From an uncultured Capnocytophaga sp. (GTDB lineage: Bacteria > Bacteroidota > Bacteroidia > Flavobacteriales > Flavobacteriaceae), in the NCBI GenBank assembly GCA_963519425.1, contig CAUQNY010000002.1, positions 2,347 through 66,346 on the forward strand: DNA of 64,000 nucleotides, given 5' to 3'. The notes beneath the pieces were generated by a model, which made no database searches, was not told the origin of the DNA, and saw only the letters and a list, made by a program, of their open reading frames with translations. Below are positions 39,225-49,617 of the stretch, one piece after another. Position numbers and translations under genes: made by a program. The first letter of the stretch is position 1, and each line of letters opens with the position of its first letter.

Positions 39225-40166
39225 ATGAAAAAAATATCACTTAAAATCTTTGTAAGCATTGTTTTTCTTACTAATACTTTTATGAAGTGCCATCCTACTG
39301 AGGAGGATGTTTTGGCAGAGAAAAAAAGCAAGGTTGTGCAACATAATTATGTGTTGGTCAATTCTGTGGATAATAGTCCTGCTGAGGTAGAAGTAAGCTA
39401 CTCGGTTTGGATAGCGGGTAATGATGAGAATATTGTAAAAACGGAGCACAAAACTACTCCTTTTGTGATAGGAGGGGAGCCTGTAAAGATAGTATATGAT
39501 AGTGTAGCTCTTACTTTTAAAGGGGATGTGAAAAGCAGATATAATGCAGTGCGACGAGATTACACTCCTAAAGGGGCTGATTATCTATTGATTAGGAATC
39601 TGTCGGGCGTAGCTATTGAGTATGCTGTAGTGGGGAATCAGCCTATAAGGTACTACTCGGCTGAAGGGCTTGACCAGATAGATGTGGGGGACAAGAACAA
39701 TATTCCTGATAGGAACAAAGTGGTAGAACAGTCGCCTAATCCTATTTACAAAGGAGTGCCAATACTGTATTTGCTCTACCCAGAAAAAGCTCCGCAGGCC
39801 GAGGTTTCGGTGCCTTGGCAAGAGGGAGAATATCACCGGGGGCTGTTGAAAATTACAACTCATCATACAAAGTTGTTTTCGCTAAAACCTCCTAAGTTAG
39901 GAGAGCTCACGATTTCCTCGCCGTTTACGATAGAGCAGGTGCTAGACTTGTACCGCAGAGAAAGTAATGGGACAGAGCAGCTTTTTAGTTCTTACTACAG
40001 ATATAATTTAGCAAATTTATCGACTGGCTATACGTTCTATGAACGCTTGCAAGAAGAAGACAAGAAGATAAGATGGTATGGACAAATTTTGGCAGGGGAT
40101 AAGTTGGAAAACCAAGGGGATATATTTTTTGTGAATACACCTCCAAAGCTTGGAGGTGTATTTTGA
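39225..40166 (+). CDS. Hypothetical protein, probable lipoprotein
   Basis: MKK, hydrophobic stretch, Cys22, then acidic HPTEED; no family recognised. Confidence 0.7.
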   Translation: MKKISLKIFVSIVFLTNTFMKCHPTEEDVLAEKKSKVVQHNYVLVNSVDNSPAEVEVSYSVWIAGNDENIVKTEHKTTPFVIGGEPVKIVYDSVALTFKGDVKSRYNAVRRDYTPKGADYLLIRNLSGVAIEYAVVGNQPIRYYSAEGLDQIDVGDKNNIPDRNKVVEQSPNPIYKGVPILYLLYPEKAPQAEVSVPWQEGEYHRGLLKITTHHTKLFSLKPPKLGELTISSPFTIEQVLDLYRRESNGTEQLFSSYYRYNLANLSTGYTFYERLQEEDKKIRWYGQILAGDKLENQGDIFFVNTPPKLGGVF

Positions 40167-40408
40167 TGAGAAACGATGTTGTTAGAGGTGCTATTTAGAA
40201 TGCATATTGTCAATGTTTTAGAGCGTATTTTGCTAGAGGAGAGAACGAAATGTGTTGCAGTATAGCTTTAAAATTTAATTTTGGACTCCACGCTGAAAGC
40301 GATGAGCCATAGGGGAAGTATTCTGCCTGTAGTCACACCTCAAGGGGAGTTTGGAATTGGCGAACTAAAAAAAACGCAAAATAATTTGGCAGTAACAAAT
40401 ATTCTTAC

Positions 40409-40416
40409 TACTTTTG
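40409..40416 (+). promoter_or_regulatory. -7 promoter element of dnaN (TACTTTTG)
   Basis: TTTG about 20 bp upstream; ATG 40466. Confidence 0.7.
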
Positions 40417-40465
40417 CCATTATTAGCCCTATAAGGGTGTTTTTGTTGTTTAAAATACATAAAAT

Positions 40466-41587
40466 ATGAAGTTTATAGTATCAAGTTCCTACCTCTTGAA
40501 AAAGTTGCAAGTCTTTGGTGGTGTTATCAATAGCAATAACACAATGCCGATTCTTGACAATTTCTTGTTTGAACTATCTGCTAATACCCTGACTATCTCA
40601 GCTTCAGATTTGGAGACCACGGTGAAAGGTACTTTAGAAGTAACCTCAGAATCTGAAGGAAGTATTGCTGTTTCGGCTAAATTGCTGATAGACATTCTCA
40701 AAACATTTTCAGAACAACCATTGACTTTCGTAGTGAAAGAGAATAATGTCATAGATATTAGGTCGACTACTGGTAACTATTCATTGGCTTATTTGAGTGG
40801 TGAAGAGTTTCCTCGTCCTGCTGATTTGCCAGAAGCTAGCAAAGTAACAATGATGGGCGATGTGCTTTCTACGGCTATTCAGAAAACAATCTTTGCAGTG
40901 GGCAATGACGATTTGCGTCCAACGATGAGTGGTGTTCTTTTCCAATTTAATGAAAATGGACTTACTTTTGTAGGGACAGATGCTCATAAATTGGTAAAAT
41001 ACGAGCGTTTAGATATCAAAGCTACTGAAGCTGCTGACTTTATAATGCCTAAAAAACCGCTTAATATTCTCAAAGGTATTTTGGCAGGTAGTGAAACGCA
41101 AGTAGTGGTGGAATACAATGAGAGCAATGCTAAGTTCTCGTTTGACGATATGGAGTTTATTTGCCGTCTGATAGATGGTAAATACCCTAACTATGATGCT
41201 GTTATTCCTAAGGAAAACCCTAATAAATTGACACTTAACCGTTCTCAATTCTACAACTCGGTGAACCGCCTATCGCTGTTCTCAAACAAAACGACTCACC
41301 AAATACGCTTAAAAATGGCAGGTGCAAGCTTAATTATTTCCGCAGAGGATGTAGATTACAGCAATAAAGGTGAAGAGCGTTTTACTTGCAACTATCAGGG
41401 AGATGATATGGAAATAGGGTTCAACTCTAAATTCTTGAAAGAAATGATTAACAACCTTGGCTCTGATGAAATCCTCTTAGAAATGTCTCTGCCTAATCGC
41501 GCTGGAATTATCACGCCTATTGATGGACTTGATGAAGGGGAGAAAGTGTTGATGCTGGCAATGCCTATTATGTTGAATAATCAATAA
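40466..41587 (+). CDS. dnaN: DNA polymerase III beta sliding clamp
   Basis: PILDNFLF, SASDLE, R..MSGV, GTDAHKL, RLIDGKYPNY..VIP, IGFN, MP. Confidence 0.96.
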   Translation: MKFIVSSSYLLKKLQVFGGVINSNNTMPILDNFLFELSANTLTISASDLETTVKGTLEVTSESEGSIAVSAKLLIDILKTFSEQPLTFVVKENNVIDIRSTTGNYSLAYLSGEEFPRPADLPEASKVTMMGDVLSTAIQKTIFAVGNDDLRPTMSGVLFQFNENGLTFVGTDAHKLVKYERLDIKATEAADFIMPKKPLNILKGILAGSETQVVVEYNESNAKFSFDDMEFICRLIDGKYPNYDAVIPKENPNKLTLNRSQFYNSVNRLSLFSNKTTHQIRLKMAGASLIISAEDVDYSNKGEERFTCNYQGDDMEIGFNSKFLKEMINNLGSDEILLEMSLPNRAGIITPIDGLDEGEKVLMLAMPIMLNNQ

Positions 41588-41606
41588 GTATTTTAATTTT
41601 TCGCAT

Positions 41607-41656
41607 AAAAAAGAAGTCCTTGAATAGAATTCTATTCAGGGGCTTCTTCTTTTTTT
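41607..41656 (+). terminator. Intrinsic terminator after dnaN
   Basis: aagaagtccttgaatag-aatt-ctattcaggggcttctt followed by a T tract. Confidence 0.85.
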
Positions 41657-41689
41657 GGTGAAAAAGGTTGTAGTTTTAAAGAAAATTAC

Positions 41690-41697
41690 TACATTTG
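41690..41697 (+). promoter_or_regulatory. -7 promoter element (TACATTTG)
   Basis: Overlaps the track's TTG start, which supports ATG 41743 as the real start. Confidence 0.65.
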
Positions 41698-41742
41698 CCG
41701 ATTGAACCTCACATTTCTTTAATTAACGTTAATTTAGAAAGA

Positions 41743-42225
41743 ATGGTAGAAACAGAAAAGAACGAATTGGTAGAAGGGATGGCATCACTTTTTAGGCGAC
41801 TGCATAAGATTTCGCCTATGGCCTCTAAAATCTTAGCTACTCTAGTGTTGGAAGGGTATCCAGAAGGACTTACTTTTGAACAGTTGGTAACCTCTTTTCA
41901 AGCCAGTAAGAGTACTATCTCGTCTAATTTGAACACACTATTGGCATTGGAATTGATTTATTATGAAACCAAGGAAGGCAAACGCCGGAAGTACTTTAAA
42001 TCTTTTCCTTTCACTAAACGCTTTACTGACTTTTTGGACAATGTGCAGTATGAAAAAGATTTTACTAACCGTTTTCTTCAGTATATGGAGACCGCTCCCC
42101 CTCCTGAAGAACCGGAAGAATGGGGTAAAAAGACGCGAAATTTACAAATGTTACTTTCCTACTTGTCTGAAATAGAAAACCTTACCACACGATTTTTGTA
42201 CCAAATGAACACACTTAACTCATAA
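41743..42225 (+). CDS. GbsR/MarR-family winged-helix regulator
   Basis: SPMASKILATL, LTFEQL....ASKSTISSNLN.L, G.RRKYF wing. Confidence 0.8.
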   Translation: MVETEKNELVEGMASLFRRLHKISPMASKILATLVLEGYPEGLTFEQLVTSFQASKSTISSNLNTLLALELIYYETKEGKRRKYFKSFPFTKRFTDFLDNVQYEKDFTNRFLQYMETAPPPEEPEEWGKKTRNLQMLLSYLSEIENLTTRFLYQMNTLNS

Positions 42226-42232
42226 TACCCAG

Positions 42233-44323
42233 ATGAAAACCTTTTTGAACAAGCTAAAACCTTTTCTTTTTGTAGCCGAGCTTTATGTAGTCCTTTCGCT
42301 GATACTTCGCTTGATATGTATGTTCCACCCTATTACAACTGCTTCTTTTTCGGTAGGTGATGTGCTGCAGATGTTGCTAGTAGGGACTTTAGCCGATGTA
42401 CTAACCATTATTTTGGCTACCAGTACTTTAGTGCTTTACATTTTGTTCATAGCTAATGTGAAGTACCAAAAGCCTTATGGGTATATGCTCTTTGGAGGCT
42501 TTTTGCTGCTATTGAGCTACGTATTGTTCTATCCTAACAATATTTTCGAGCAGTATGGCGGGAGCTTTCCTGAAGTAGCCTTCGCGTTTTTTGGGGTGAA
42601 GGCATTGTGCTTTACGCTTTTGCTTTTCTTGCCCCGCTACCGCACTCAGCTGCGCAATGTACTTTATTTCATTACGCTATTCATTTACGTTTTTGCAGTG
42701 GTGATGAACGCTGTGAGTGAGTACTTCTTTTGGAACGAGTTTGGAATTCGTTACAATTTTATTGCAGTAGATTACTTAATCTATACCAATGAAGTGATAG
42801 GCAATATTATGGAGAGTTATCCTGTAGTGCCACTTTTTTCAGCTGTATTTGTGGTAGTATTATCTTTTACTATTTTTGGCTACCTAAAAACCAAAGAAGT
42901 GCTGAAACACATTCCGACGCTAAAACAAAAGGTAGGTTACTTATTGGTGTATGCTGTTTTGGCGGGGGTGTCATTAGTGGGATTGCCTGTGCTGAACAAC
43001 CTTCCGGCGAGCAATGTTTTTGTACAAGAAATACAAGCTAATGGGGTTTATAAATTCTATTACGCTTTTACCCATAGTGAGTTGGACTTTTTTCAGTTTT
43101 ACCCCACGATGCCTGAAGCTACTGCCGAAGCAGAACTGCTCAAGCAGCTGAAAAGTCCTACTTTGGAACGAAAGATTACTGCCCAAGGGGAAGAAAGCCA
43201 CCGCAATGTGGTGCTTATTTCGGTAGAAAGTCTTTCAGCTGAATACCTGACAATGTATGGCAATGCCGACAATAGGACTCCTTTTCTTGATACATTAGCC
43301 AACAACAGTCTGTTTTTTACGAACTTGTATGCTACGGGCAATCGTACTGTACGTGGACTAGAGGCGCTAACCCTTTGTATTCCACCTACCCCAGGGGAGA
43401 GTGTGGTTAAACGCAAAGACAACAAAAATAAGTTCACTACAGGGAGCGTTTTTAAGGGTAAGGGATACGATGTGAAGTATTTGTACGGGGGAGATAGCTA
43501 TTTTGACAATATGAAGGATTTCTTTGGTGGAAATGGTTATGACATAGTAGATAGCAAGAGCTTTTCGCCAGAAGAGGTTACTTTTGCCAATATTTGGGGG
43601 GTTTGTGACGAAGATATGGTCAATAAGGCTATGAAAATAATGAATGAACAAGCTAAAACAGGGAAACCGTTCTTTAATCATTGGATGACTGTTAGCAACC
43701 ATCGCCCATTTACTTACCCTGAGGGGAAAATAGATGTCCCACCCAGCGAAAAGAGACGCATAGGAGGAGTGAAATATACTGACTACGCACTGAAACGTTT
43801 TTTTGAGCTGGCACAACAGCAAGAGTGGTTTAAGAATACCCTATTTGTAGTAGTAGCAGACCATTGTGCTTCTAGTGCGGGCAGTACCGAGTTACCTTTG
43901 GATGGTTATCGGATTCCTTGTTTTATCTATGCTGATTTCATAGCACCTAAAAAAGTAGATACCATGATGTCTCAAATAGACGTGATGCCTACTGTATTTG
44001 GGTTGCTCAACTTTAATTACACAACCAAATTTATAGGGCAAGATATCTTTGCCGAGGGGTATCAGCCACGAGCTTATATTGCTACCTATCAGGATTTGGG
44101 CTATTTGACTCCGGAAATGCTCACCATCATTGCTCCTCTGAAAAAAATAAGACAGTACCGTCTGCAACAGGCTGCTCAGCAGCCTGCACCAGCTTATCCT
44201 ATTTTTTACGATCAGATAGCGCTTGACAAACCAGAAGCGCAAGGGGTGAGCCATTGTATTTCTACCTATCAAGCTACCTCTCAGTGGCTTAAAAATCAAC
44301 AGTTAAATGCGGTCAAGAAATAA
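42233..44323 (+). CDS. LTA synthase (LtaS)/sulfatase-family membrane phosphotransferase
   Basis: Multi-TM N-terminus; SVESLS, ATGNRTVRG (catalytic Thr position), TVSNH.PF, VADH metal ligands. Confidence 0.88.
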   Translation: MKTFLNKLKPFLFVAELYVVLSLILRLICMFHPITTASFSVGDVLQMLLVGTLADVLTIILATSTLVLYILFIANVKYQKPYGYMLFGGFLLLLSYVLFYPNNIFEQYGGSFPEVAFAFFGVKALCFTLLLFLPRYRTQLRNVLYFITLFIYVFAVVMNAVSEYFFWNEFGIRYNFIAVDYLIYTNEVIGNIMESYPVVPLFSAVFVVVLSFTIFGYLKTKEVLKHIPTLKQKVGYLLVYAVLAGVSLVGLPVLNNLPASNVFVQEIQANGVYKFYYAFTHSELDFFQFYPTMPEATAEAELLKQLKSPTLERKITAQGEESHRNVVLISVESLSAEYLTMYGNADNRTPFLDTLANNSLFFTNLYATGNRTVRGLEALTLCIPPTPGESVVKRKDNKNKFTTGSVFKGKGYDVKYLYGGDSYFDNMKDFFGGNGYDIVDSKSFSPEEVTFANIWGVCDEDMVNKAMKIMNEQAKTGKPFFNHWMTVSNHRPFTYPEGKIDVPPSEKRRIGGVKYTDYALKRFFELAQQQEWFKNTLFVVVADHCASSAGSTELPLDGYRIPCFIYADFIAPKKVDTMMSQIDVMPTVFGLLNFNYTTKFIGQDIFAEGYQPRAYIATYQDLGYLTPEMLTIIAPLKKIRQYRLQQAAQQPAPAYPIFYDQIALDKPEAQGVSHCISTYQATSQWLKNQQLNAVKK

Positions 44324-45524
44324 ACTGAAAATTATCAATGATCCTATTTATGGGTTTATACATATCCCAAGTTCTTTGGTGTTTGACATCATTGAGCATC
44401 CATACTTCCAGCGTTTGAGGCGCATTAATCAAATGGGGCTTTCGCATCTGGTATTTCCAGGTGCTAAACACACTCGTTTTGAGCATGTTTTGGGCTGTAT
44501 GTTCTTGATGCAAAAAACAGTAGAGATGCTTCGTTTTAAAGGAGTGGAGATTTCTAACAAGGAAGCTGACGGGCTTTACATTGCAATCTTGTTGCACGAC
44601 ATAGGACACGGACCTTTCTCGCACGCAATGGAACACAGTATCGTTGAGGGAATCTCTCACGAAGAGATTTCGCTGCGTTTTATGCAACAACTCAATGCTG
44701 AGATGGGGGGCAAGTTGGAAACCGCCATTAGGATATTTCAGGGTGATTATCCGCGTAAGTTTATGCACCAACTCATTTCCAGTCAGTTGGATATGGATAG
44801 GGCAGACTATCTGAAACGCGATAGTTTTTACACAGGAGTAGCTGAGGGGAATATCAATTCAGAACGTCTAATTTCTATGCTAAATGTGCGCAATGACGAG
44901 TTGGTAGTAGAAGAAAAGGGACTTTATTCTGTAGAAAAATTTCTGATAGCCCGCAGACTGATGTATTGGCAAGTGTATTTGCACAAGACCAGTGTAGCTG
45001 CTGAACAAATGCTCATAAGGCTGCTGAAGCGCGCTAAGAGTTTGGTGCAAGAAGGACAACTGCTTACGATGTCTACAGCTTTAGCATTTTTTGTGTCTCA
45101 TAAAATTGATAATGCTAATTTTAGCAAAGAAGTACTCGATAAGTTTGCATTGCTAGACGATACTGACATTATTGCAGCAATGAAAGAATGGCAGTTTCAT
45201 TCAGATGTTGTTCTCTCTCAACTCAGCCGAATGCTACTAAACCGAGACTTACTAAAAATGAAACTCTGCTCTACTAATTTTGAAGAACAGAAGGTGAAGC
45301 GTCTCCAGAAGATAGCTGCTCTTGGGGGAATTTCTTCAGAGTTTATAGATTATTTTGTTTTTACAGGGACAATGTACAATAGGGCGTATACCCCTGAACA
45401 AGACCCTATAAAGATATTAGCTAAAAATGGTCGGGTGATAGAGGTGAGCAAGACTGCTGAGGAGGTAAGTTTAGGAGCTCTCTCTCAGCCTACCCAGAAG
45501 TATTACATTTGTTATCCTAAATAA
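44307..45524 (+). CDS. HD-domain phosphohydrolase (SAMHD1/dNTPase-like)
   Basis: DPIYG, FQRLRRI.Q.G, HTRFEH, LLHDIGHGPFSH, LDMDR.DYL.RDS, MYWQVYLHK. Confidence 0.9.
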   Translation: MRSRNKLKIINDPIYGFIHIPSSLVFDIIEHPYFQRLRRINQMGLSHLVFPGAKHTRFEHVLGCMFLMQKTVEMLRFKGVEISNKEADGLYIAILLHDIGHGPFSHAMEHSIVEGISHEEISLRFMQQLNAEMGGKLETAIRIFQGDYPRKFMHQLISSQLDMDRADYLKRDSFYTGVAEGNINSERLISMLNVRNDELVVEEKGLYSVEKFLIARRLMYWQVYLHKTSVAAEQMLIRLLKRAKSLVQEGQLLTMSTALAFFVSHKIDNANFSKEVLDKFALLDDTDIIAAMKEWQFHSDVVLSQLSRMLLNRDLLKMKLCSTNFEEQKVKRLQKIAALGGISSEFIDYFVFTGTMYNRAYTPEQDPIKILAKNGRVIEVSKTAEEVSLGALSQPTQKYYICYPK

Positions 45525-45633
45525 CAAGAGATATGATGATGAGCGAGTGATAAATAAGGAGTGTTTTGCTTTTGATTTGAACTCAGAAAAACAAAAAAAA
45601 TAACAAAATGAATGGTGTTTAATTTTTTTTTCA

Positions 45634-45641
45634 TACTTTTG
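45634..45641 (+). promoter_or_regulatory. -7 promoter element of the lpxD operon (TACTTTTG)
   Basis: About 75 bp before ATG 45717. Confidence 0.6.
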
Positions 45642-45716
45642 TTGCGGCAAATAGTACTTTAAAGCCTAAAAAACAGTGCTTTTGTCCTTTTATTACTCTG
45701 ATTATAAACTGATTAA

Positions 45717-46736
45717 ATGAAATTTACAGCGTTACAAATAGCCAATGTGCTTGGTGGTGAAGTAGAAGGGAATCCCCAAATAGAGGTATTTAAACTCTCT
45801 AAAATAGAAGAGGGGACGGGAGGAAGTATTTCATTTTTAGCAAATCCTAAATACAAGCATTTTATATACGATACGCAAGCCTCTATCGTTATTGTTAATA
45901 AAGATTTTGAGGCTGAAGCACCTATCAGTGCTACTTTGGTAAGGGTAGATGATGCTTATGCTGCTTTTGCTAAGCTATTGGCTTTTTACAACGAAATTAA
46001 ACTTAACAAATCGGGTATAGAGCAGCCATCGCACATAGCCTCGTCCGCACATTTGGGCGAGAATGTATATGTAGGATCTTTTGCCTATATAGGCGAGAAC
46101 GTGCGCTTAGGTAACAATGTAAAGGTATATCCTAATAGTTATATAGGTGACAATACAACTATTGGCGATAACACTACTGTTTTTGCAGGATGCAAGATAT
46201 ACTCTGAAACCGTAGTGGGCAAGAATTGTACTATTCATAGTGGGGTAGTGCTCGGAGCTGATGGCTTTGGCTTTACACCTAATGAAGAAGGAGTTTATGG
46301 AAAAGTACCCCAGATAGGAAATGTAGTTATAGAAGACAATGTAGACATAGGTGCGAATTGTACTATAGATCGTGCTACGCTGGGGTCTACTATCATCAGA
46401 AAAGGTGTGAAGTTGGACAACCAAATACAAATAGCTCACAATGTAGAAATAGGTAAGAATACCGTAATAGCAGCTCAAACAGGAGTTGCTGGCTCTACAA
46501 AGATAGGTGAAAGCTGTATGATAGGAGGCCAAGTGGGCATCGTAGGACATCTAATCATTGGCAATCGTGTGAAGATACAAGCACAAACAGGAGTAGGACG
46601 CAACCTTAAAGATGATGAAGCTATACAAGGTTCTCCTGCTTTGGGGCACGCCGAATACAACAAGGCTTATGTGATATTCAGGAAGTTGCCTAACTTGCTC
46701 AAACGCATAGAAGAATTAGAAAAGAAATTAAAATAG
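45717..46736 (+). CDS. lpxD: UDP-3-O-acylglucosamine N-acyltransferase
   Basis: FLANPKY, hexapeptide repeats, GADGFGF, IDRA, KLDNQIQIAHN. Confidence 0.95.
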   Translation: MKFTALQIANVLGGEVEGNPQIEVFKLSKIEEGTGGSISFLANPKYKHFIYDTQASIVIVNKDFEAEAPISATLVRVDDAYAAFAKLLAFYNEIKLNKSGIEQPSHIASSAHLGENVYVGSFAYIGENVRLGNNVKVYPNSYIGDNTTIGDNTTVFAGCKIYSETVVGKNCTIHSGVVLGADGFGFTPNEEGVYGKVPQIGNVVIEDNVDIGANCTIDRATLGSTIIRKGVKLDNQIQIAHNVEIGKNTVIAAQTGVAGSTKIGESCMIGGQVGIVGHLIIGNRVKIQAQTGVGRNLKDDEAIQGSPALGHAEYNKAYVIFRKLPNLLKRIEELEKKLK

Positions 46737-46743
46737 ATAGACT

Positions 46744-48132
46744 ATGGTAAAGCAAAATACTTTATCCAAAGAAATAACCTTAGAAGGCATTGGATTACAT
46801 ACAGGAAAACAAGTGAAGATGGTGCTTAAACCAGCTCCTGTGGGGAATGGATTTACTTTTGTACGTACCGATTTAGAAGGAACTCCCGTAGTAGAAGCTG
46901 ATGCAAACTATGTGTCTAGCACCGAACGTGGTACTGTATTAGAGAAAAAGGGAGTGAAAATCCAAACTTGCGAGCATATTTTGGCAGCTCTTGTAGGAAT
47001 GGATTTGGATAATGTTATTATTGAATTGAACTCCTCAGAGCCTCCTATTATGGATGGGTCGTCTAAATTTTTTGTGAAAGCTATTGCTGAAGCAGGCATT
47101 CAACCCCAAGATGCTGAGCGCTATGAATATGTGGTGAAGCAGGTGATTACCTACGTGAACGAAGAAACAGGCAGCGAAATAACTCTTATTCCTGCTGAGG
47201 AATACCAAGTAACTACTATGGTGGATTTTGGCACTAAGATATTAGGTACCCAAAACGCCTACTTGAACAAACTCTCCGATTTTAAGACAGAAATAGCCGA
47301 TGCACGTACCTTTAGTTTCTTGCACGAACTGGAAGCACTCCTTGATCATGGACTTATAAAAGGAGGAGATTTGAATAATGCTATTGTGTACGTAGACAAA
47401 GAGATTTCTGACAGCACAATGCAGAAATTGAAAAAGGTTTTTAACAAAGATAATATTTCTGTGAAACCCAATGGAGTGTTAGACAACCTTACTCTACACT
47501 ATCCTAATGAGGCTGCGCGCCATAAATTACTAGATGTGATTGGCGACTTGGCTTTGGTGGGAACACGTATTCGCGGGAAGGTAATAGCTACTAAACCAGG
47601 GCACTTTACCAATACTCAGTTTGCAAAAAAACTCTCTAAAATAATCAAGAATGAGCGCAGGAATAATGTTCCTGAGATAGATATCAATCAGCCACCTTTG
47701 CTCAATACTACTGATATAATGAAGCTTTTGCCACACCGTTCTCCTTTTTTGTTGGTGGACAAAATCTTTGAACTATCAGACAAACACGTGGTGGGCTTGA
47801 AAAATGTAACGATGGATGAGCCTTTTTTTGTAGGGCACTTTCCAGGGGCACCAGTGATGCCAGGAGTATTGCAGATTGAAGCAATGGCACAAACCGGGGG
47901 GGTACTCATTCTCAGCACAGTGCCAGACCCTGAAAACTATCTTACCTATTTTATGAAGATAGATAATGCTAAGTTCAAAGTTCAGGTAGTTCCAGGAGAT
48001 ACACTTATCTTTAAGTTAGAGCTTCTAACGCCAATTCGTCGTGGTATTTGCCATATGCAGGCGTATGCTTATGTGAATGGTAAGTTGGCAACCGAAGCTG
48101 AACTGATGGCTCAAATTGTAAAAGTAAAATAA
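46744..48132 (+). CDS. lpxC: Bifunctional LpxC/FabZ
   Basis: GIGLHTG, EHILAA, HKLLD.IGD (LpxC); [28 protein letters not shown] (FabZ). Confidence 0.96.
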   Translation: MVKQNTLSKEITLEGIGLHTGKQVKMVLKPAPVGNGFTFVRTDLEGTPVVEADANYVSSTERGTVLEKKGVKIQTCEHILAALVGMDLDNVIIELNSSEPPIMDGSSKFFVKAIAEAGIQPQDAERYEYVVKQVITYVNEETGSEITLIPAEEYQVTTMVDFGTKILGTQNAYLNKLSDFKTEIADARTFSFLHELEALLDHGLIKGGDLNNAIVYVDKEISDSTMQKLKKVFNKDNISVKPNGVLDNLTLHYPNEAARHKLLDVIGDLALVGTRIRGKVIATKPGHFTNTQFAKKLSKIIKNERRNNVPEIDINQPPLLNTTDIMKLLPHRSPFLLVDKIFELSDKHVVGLKNVTMDEPFFVGHFPGAPVMPGVLQIEAMAQTGGVLILSTVPDPENYLTYFMKIDNAKFKVQVVPGDTLIFKLELLTPIRRGICHMQAYAYVNGKLATEAELMAQIVKVK

Positions 48133-48139
48133 AACACAT

Positions 48140-48928
48140 ATGATTCAACCTTTGGCTTATGTCCATCCTGATGCTAAAATAGCAAAAAATGTAGTAATAG
48201 AACCTTTTACTACCATAAGCAACAATGTAGAAATTGGCGAAGGAACTTGGATAGGCTCTAACGTAACTATTATGGATGGGGCGCGTATTGGCAAAAATTG
48301 TAAAATTTTTCCAGGAGCCGTAATTTCGGCAATCCCGCAAGACCTCAAATACAAAGGCGAAGAAACTACCACACACATTGGTGATAATACTACTATTAGG
48401 GAGTGTGTAACCATTAACAAAGGTACTGTTGACCGTATGAAAACAGTAGTAGGCAATAACTGCCTAATTATGGCTTATTCGCACGTAGCTCACGATTGTA
48501 TTGTAGGCAATGGTTGCATCTTTTCTAATGGTACGACTCTAGCAGGCCACGTAACAGTAGGCGATTTTGCTGTGATGGCAGGTATGACTGCTGTCTATCA
48601 ATTTTGTTCTATTGGTAGCTATGCTTTTGTAACAGGAGGTTCCCTAGTAGGAAAAGATGTTCCTCCATACGTAAAAGCTGCTCGCACCCCACTTTCTTAT
48701 GTTGGGGTGAACTCCATTGGGCTACATCGCCGTGGTTTTTCAACTGAAAAGATACGTGAGATTCAAGATATCTATCGTGTGCTCTTCCAGAAGAAGCTAA
48801 ATACTACCCACGCCTTGGAATACATTGAGGCAGAAATGGAAGCTACCATAGAACGGGATGAGATTCTTCAATTTGTACGCAAATCTCAGCATGGTATTAT
48901 GAAGGGCTACTATGGTGAAACAGTATAG
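48140..48928 (+). CDS. lpxA: UDP-N-acetylglucosamine acyltransferase
   Basis: [37 protein letters not shown]. Confidence 0.95.
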   Translation: MIQPLAYVHPDAKIAKNVVIEPFTTISNNVEIGEGTWIGSNVTIMDGARIGKNCKIFPGAVISAIPQDLKYKGEETTTHIGDNTTIRECVTINKGTVDRMKTVVGNNCLIMAYSHVAHDCIVGNGCIFSNGTTLAGHVTVGDFAVMAGMTAVYQFCSIGSYAFVTGGSLVGKDVPPYVKAARTPLSYVGVNSIGLHRRGFSTEKIREIQDIYRVLFQKKLNTTHALEYIEAEMEATIERDEILQFVRKSQHGIMKGYYGETV

Positions 48929-48965
48929 AAAATAACAACTTAATTTAGAAATTAAAATAAACTGA

Positions 48966-49532
48966 ATGGCAACAACAGCAGACATCAAAAAAGGATTGTG
49001 CATCCGCTTCAACCACGACATTTATAAAATTATTGAATTCCTACACGTGAAGCCAGGGAAAGGGCCTGCTTTCGTACGTACTAAACTGAAAAGTGTTACT
49101 ACAGGAAAGATTCTTGATAATACATTTTCAGCAGGACACAAAATCGAAGACGTTCGTGTAGAAACACGTTCTTTCCAATACCTTTATGAAGAAGGCGACC
49201 AGTTTGTTTTTATGAACAATGAAGATTACAACCAAGTACATATCCGCAAAGATATGCTGGATTATCCAGACTTGCTTAAAGAAGGTGAAACAGTAATGGT
49301 TATCTTCAATGCTGAAGACGAAACCCCTCTTTCTGTAGAAATGCCTGCTAACGTTATTTTAACGGTTACTCACGTAGAGCCAGGCGTTAAAGGCAACACA
49401 GCTACCAATGCTACCAAACCTGCTACAGTAGAAACTGGAGCTATTGTGAATGTGCCTCTTTTCATCAACGAAGGCGACCGCATAAAGGTAGAAACTGAGA
49501 AAGGTACCTACGTAGAAAGAATGAAAGACTAA
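48966..49532 (+). CDS. efp: Elongation factor P
   Basis: HVKPGKGPAFVRTK, PGVKGNTA, VPLFI. Confidence 0.97.
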   Translation: MATTADIKKGLCIRFNHDIYKIIEFLHVKPGKGPAFVRTKLKSVTTGKILDNTFSAGHKIEDVRVETRSFQYLYEEGDQFVFMNNEDYNQVHIRKDMLDYPDLLKEGETVMVIFNAEDETPLSVEMPANVILTVTHVEPGVKGNTATNATKPATVETGAIVNVPLFINEGDRIKVETEKGTYVERMKD

Positions 49533-49561
49533 TAAAATATTTTTTGATTTCCATTAATGAA

Positions 49562-49594
49562 GAGGCTGTCCTGCATTTCTTTTCGGACAGCCTC
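49562..49594 (+). other. Stem-loop between efp and the second lpxD (no U tract)
   Basis: gaggctgtcc...ggacagcctc. Confidence 0.6.
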
Positions 49595-49617
49595 ATCACT
49601 ATTTAAAATATCAGAAT

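Noticed and set aside
40281..40469. 62-aa ORF upstream of dnaN
   Set aside because: TTG start, runs through the dnaN promoter, no motif
46744..48132. LpxC-FabZ fusion and stand-alone dnaN as novelties
   Set aside because: Both are normal for Bacteroidota
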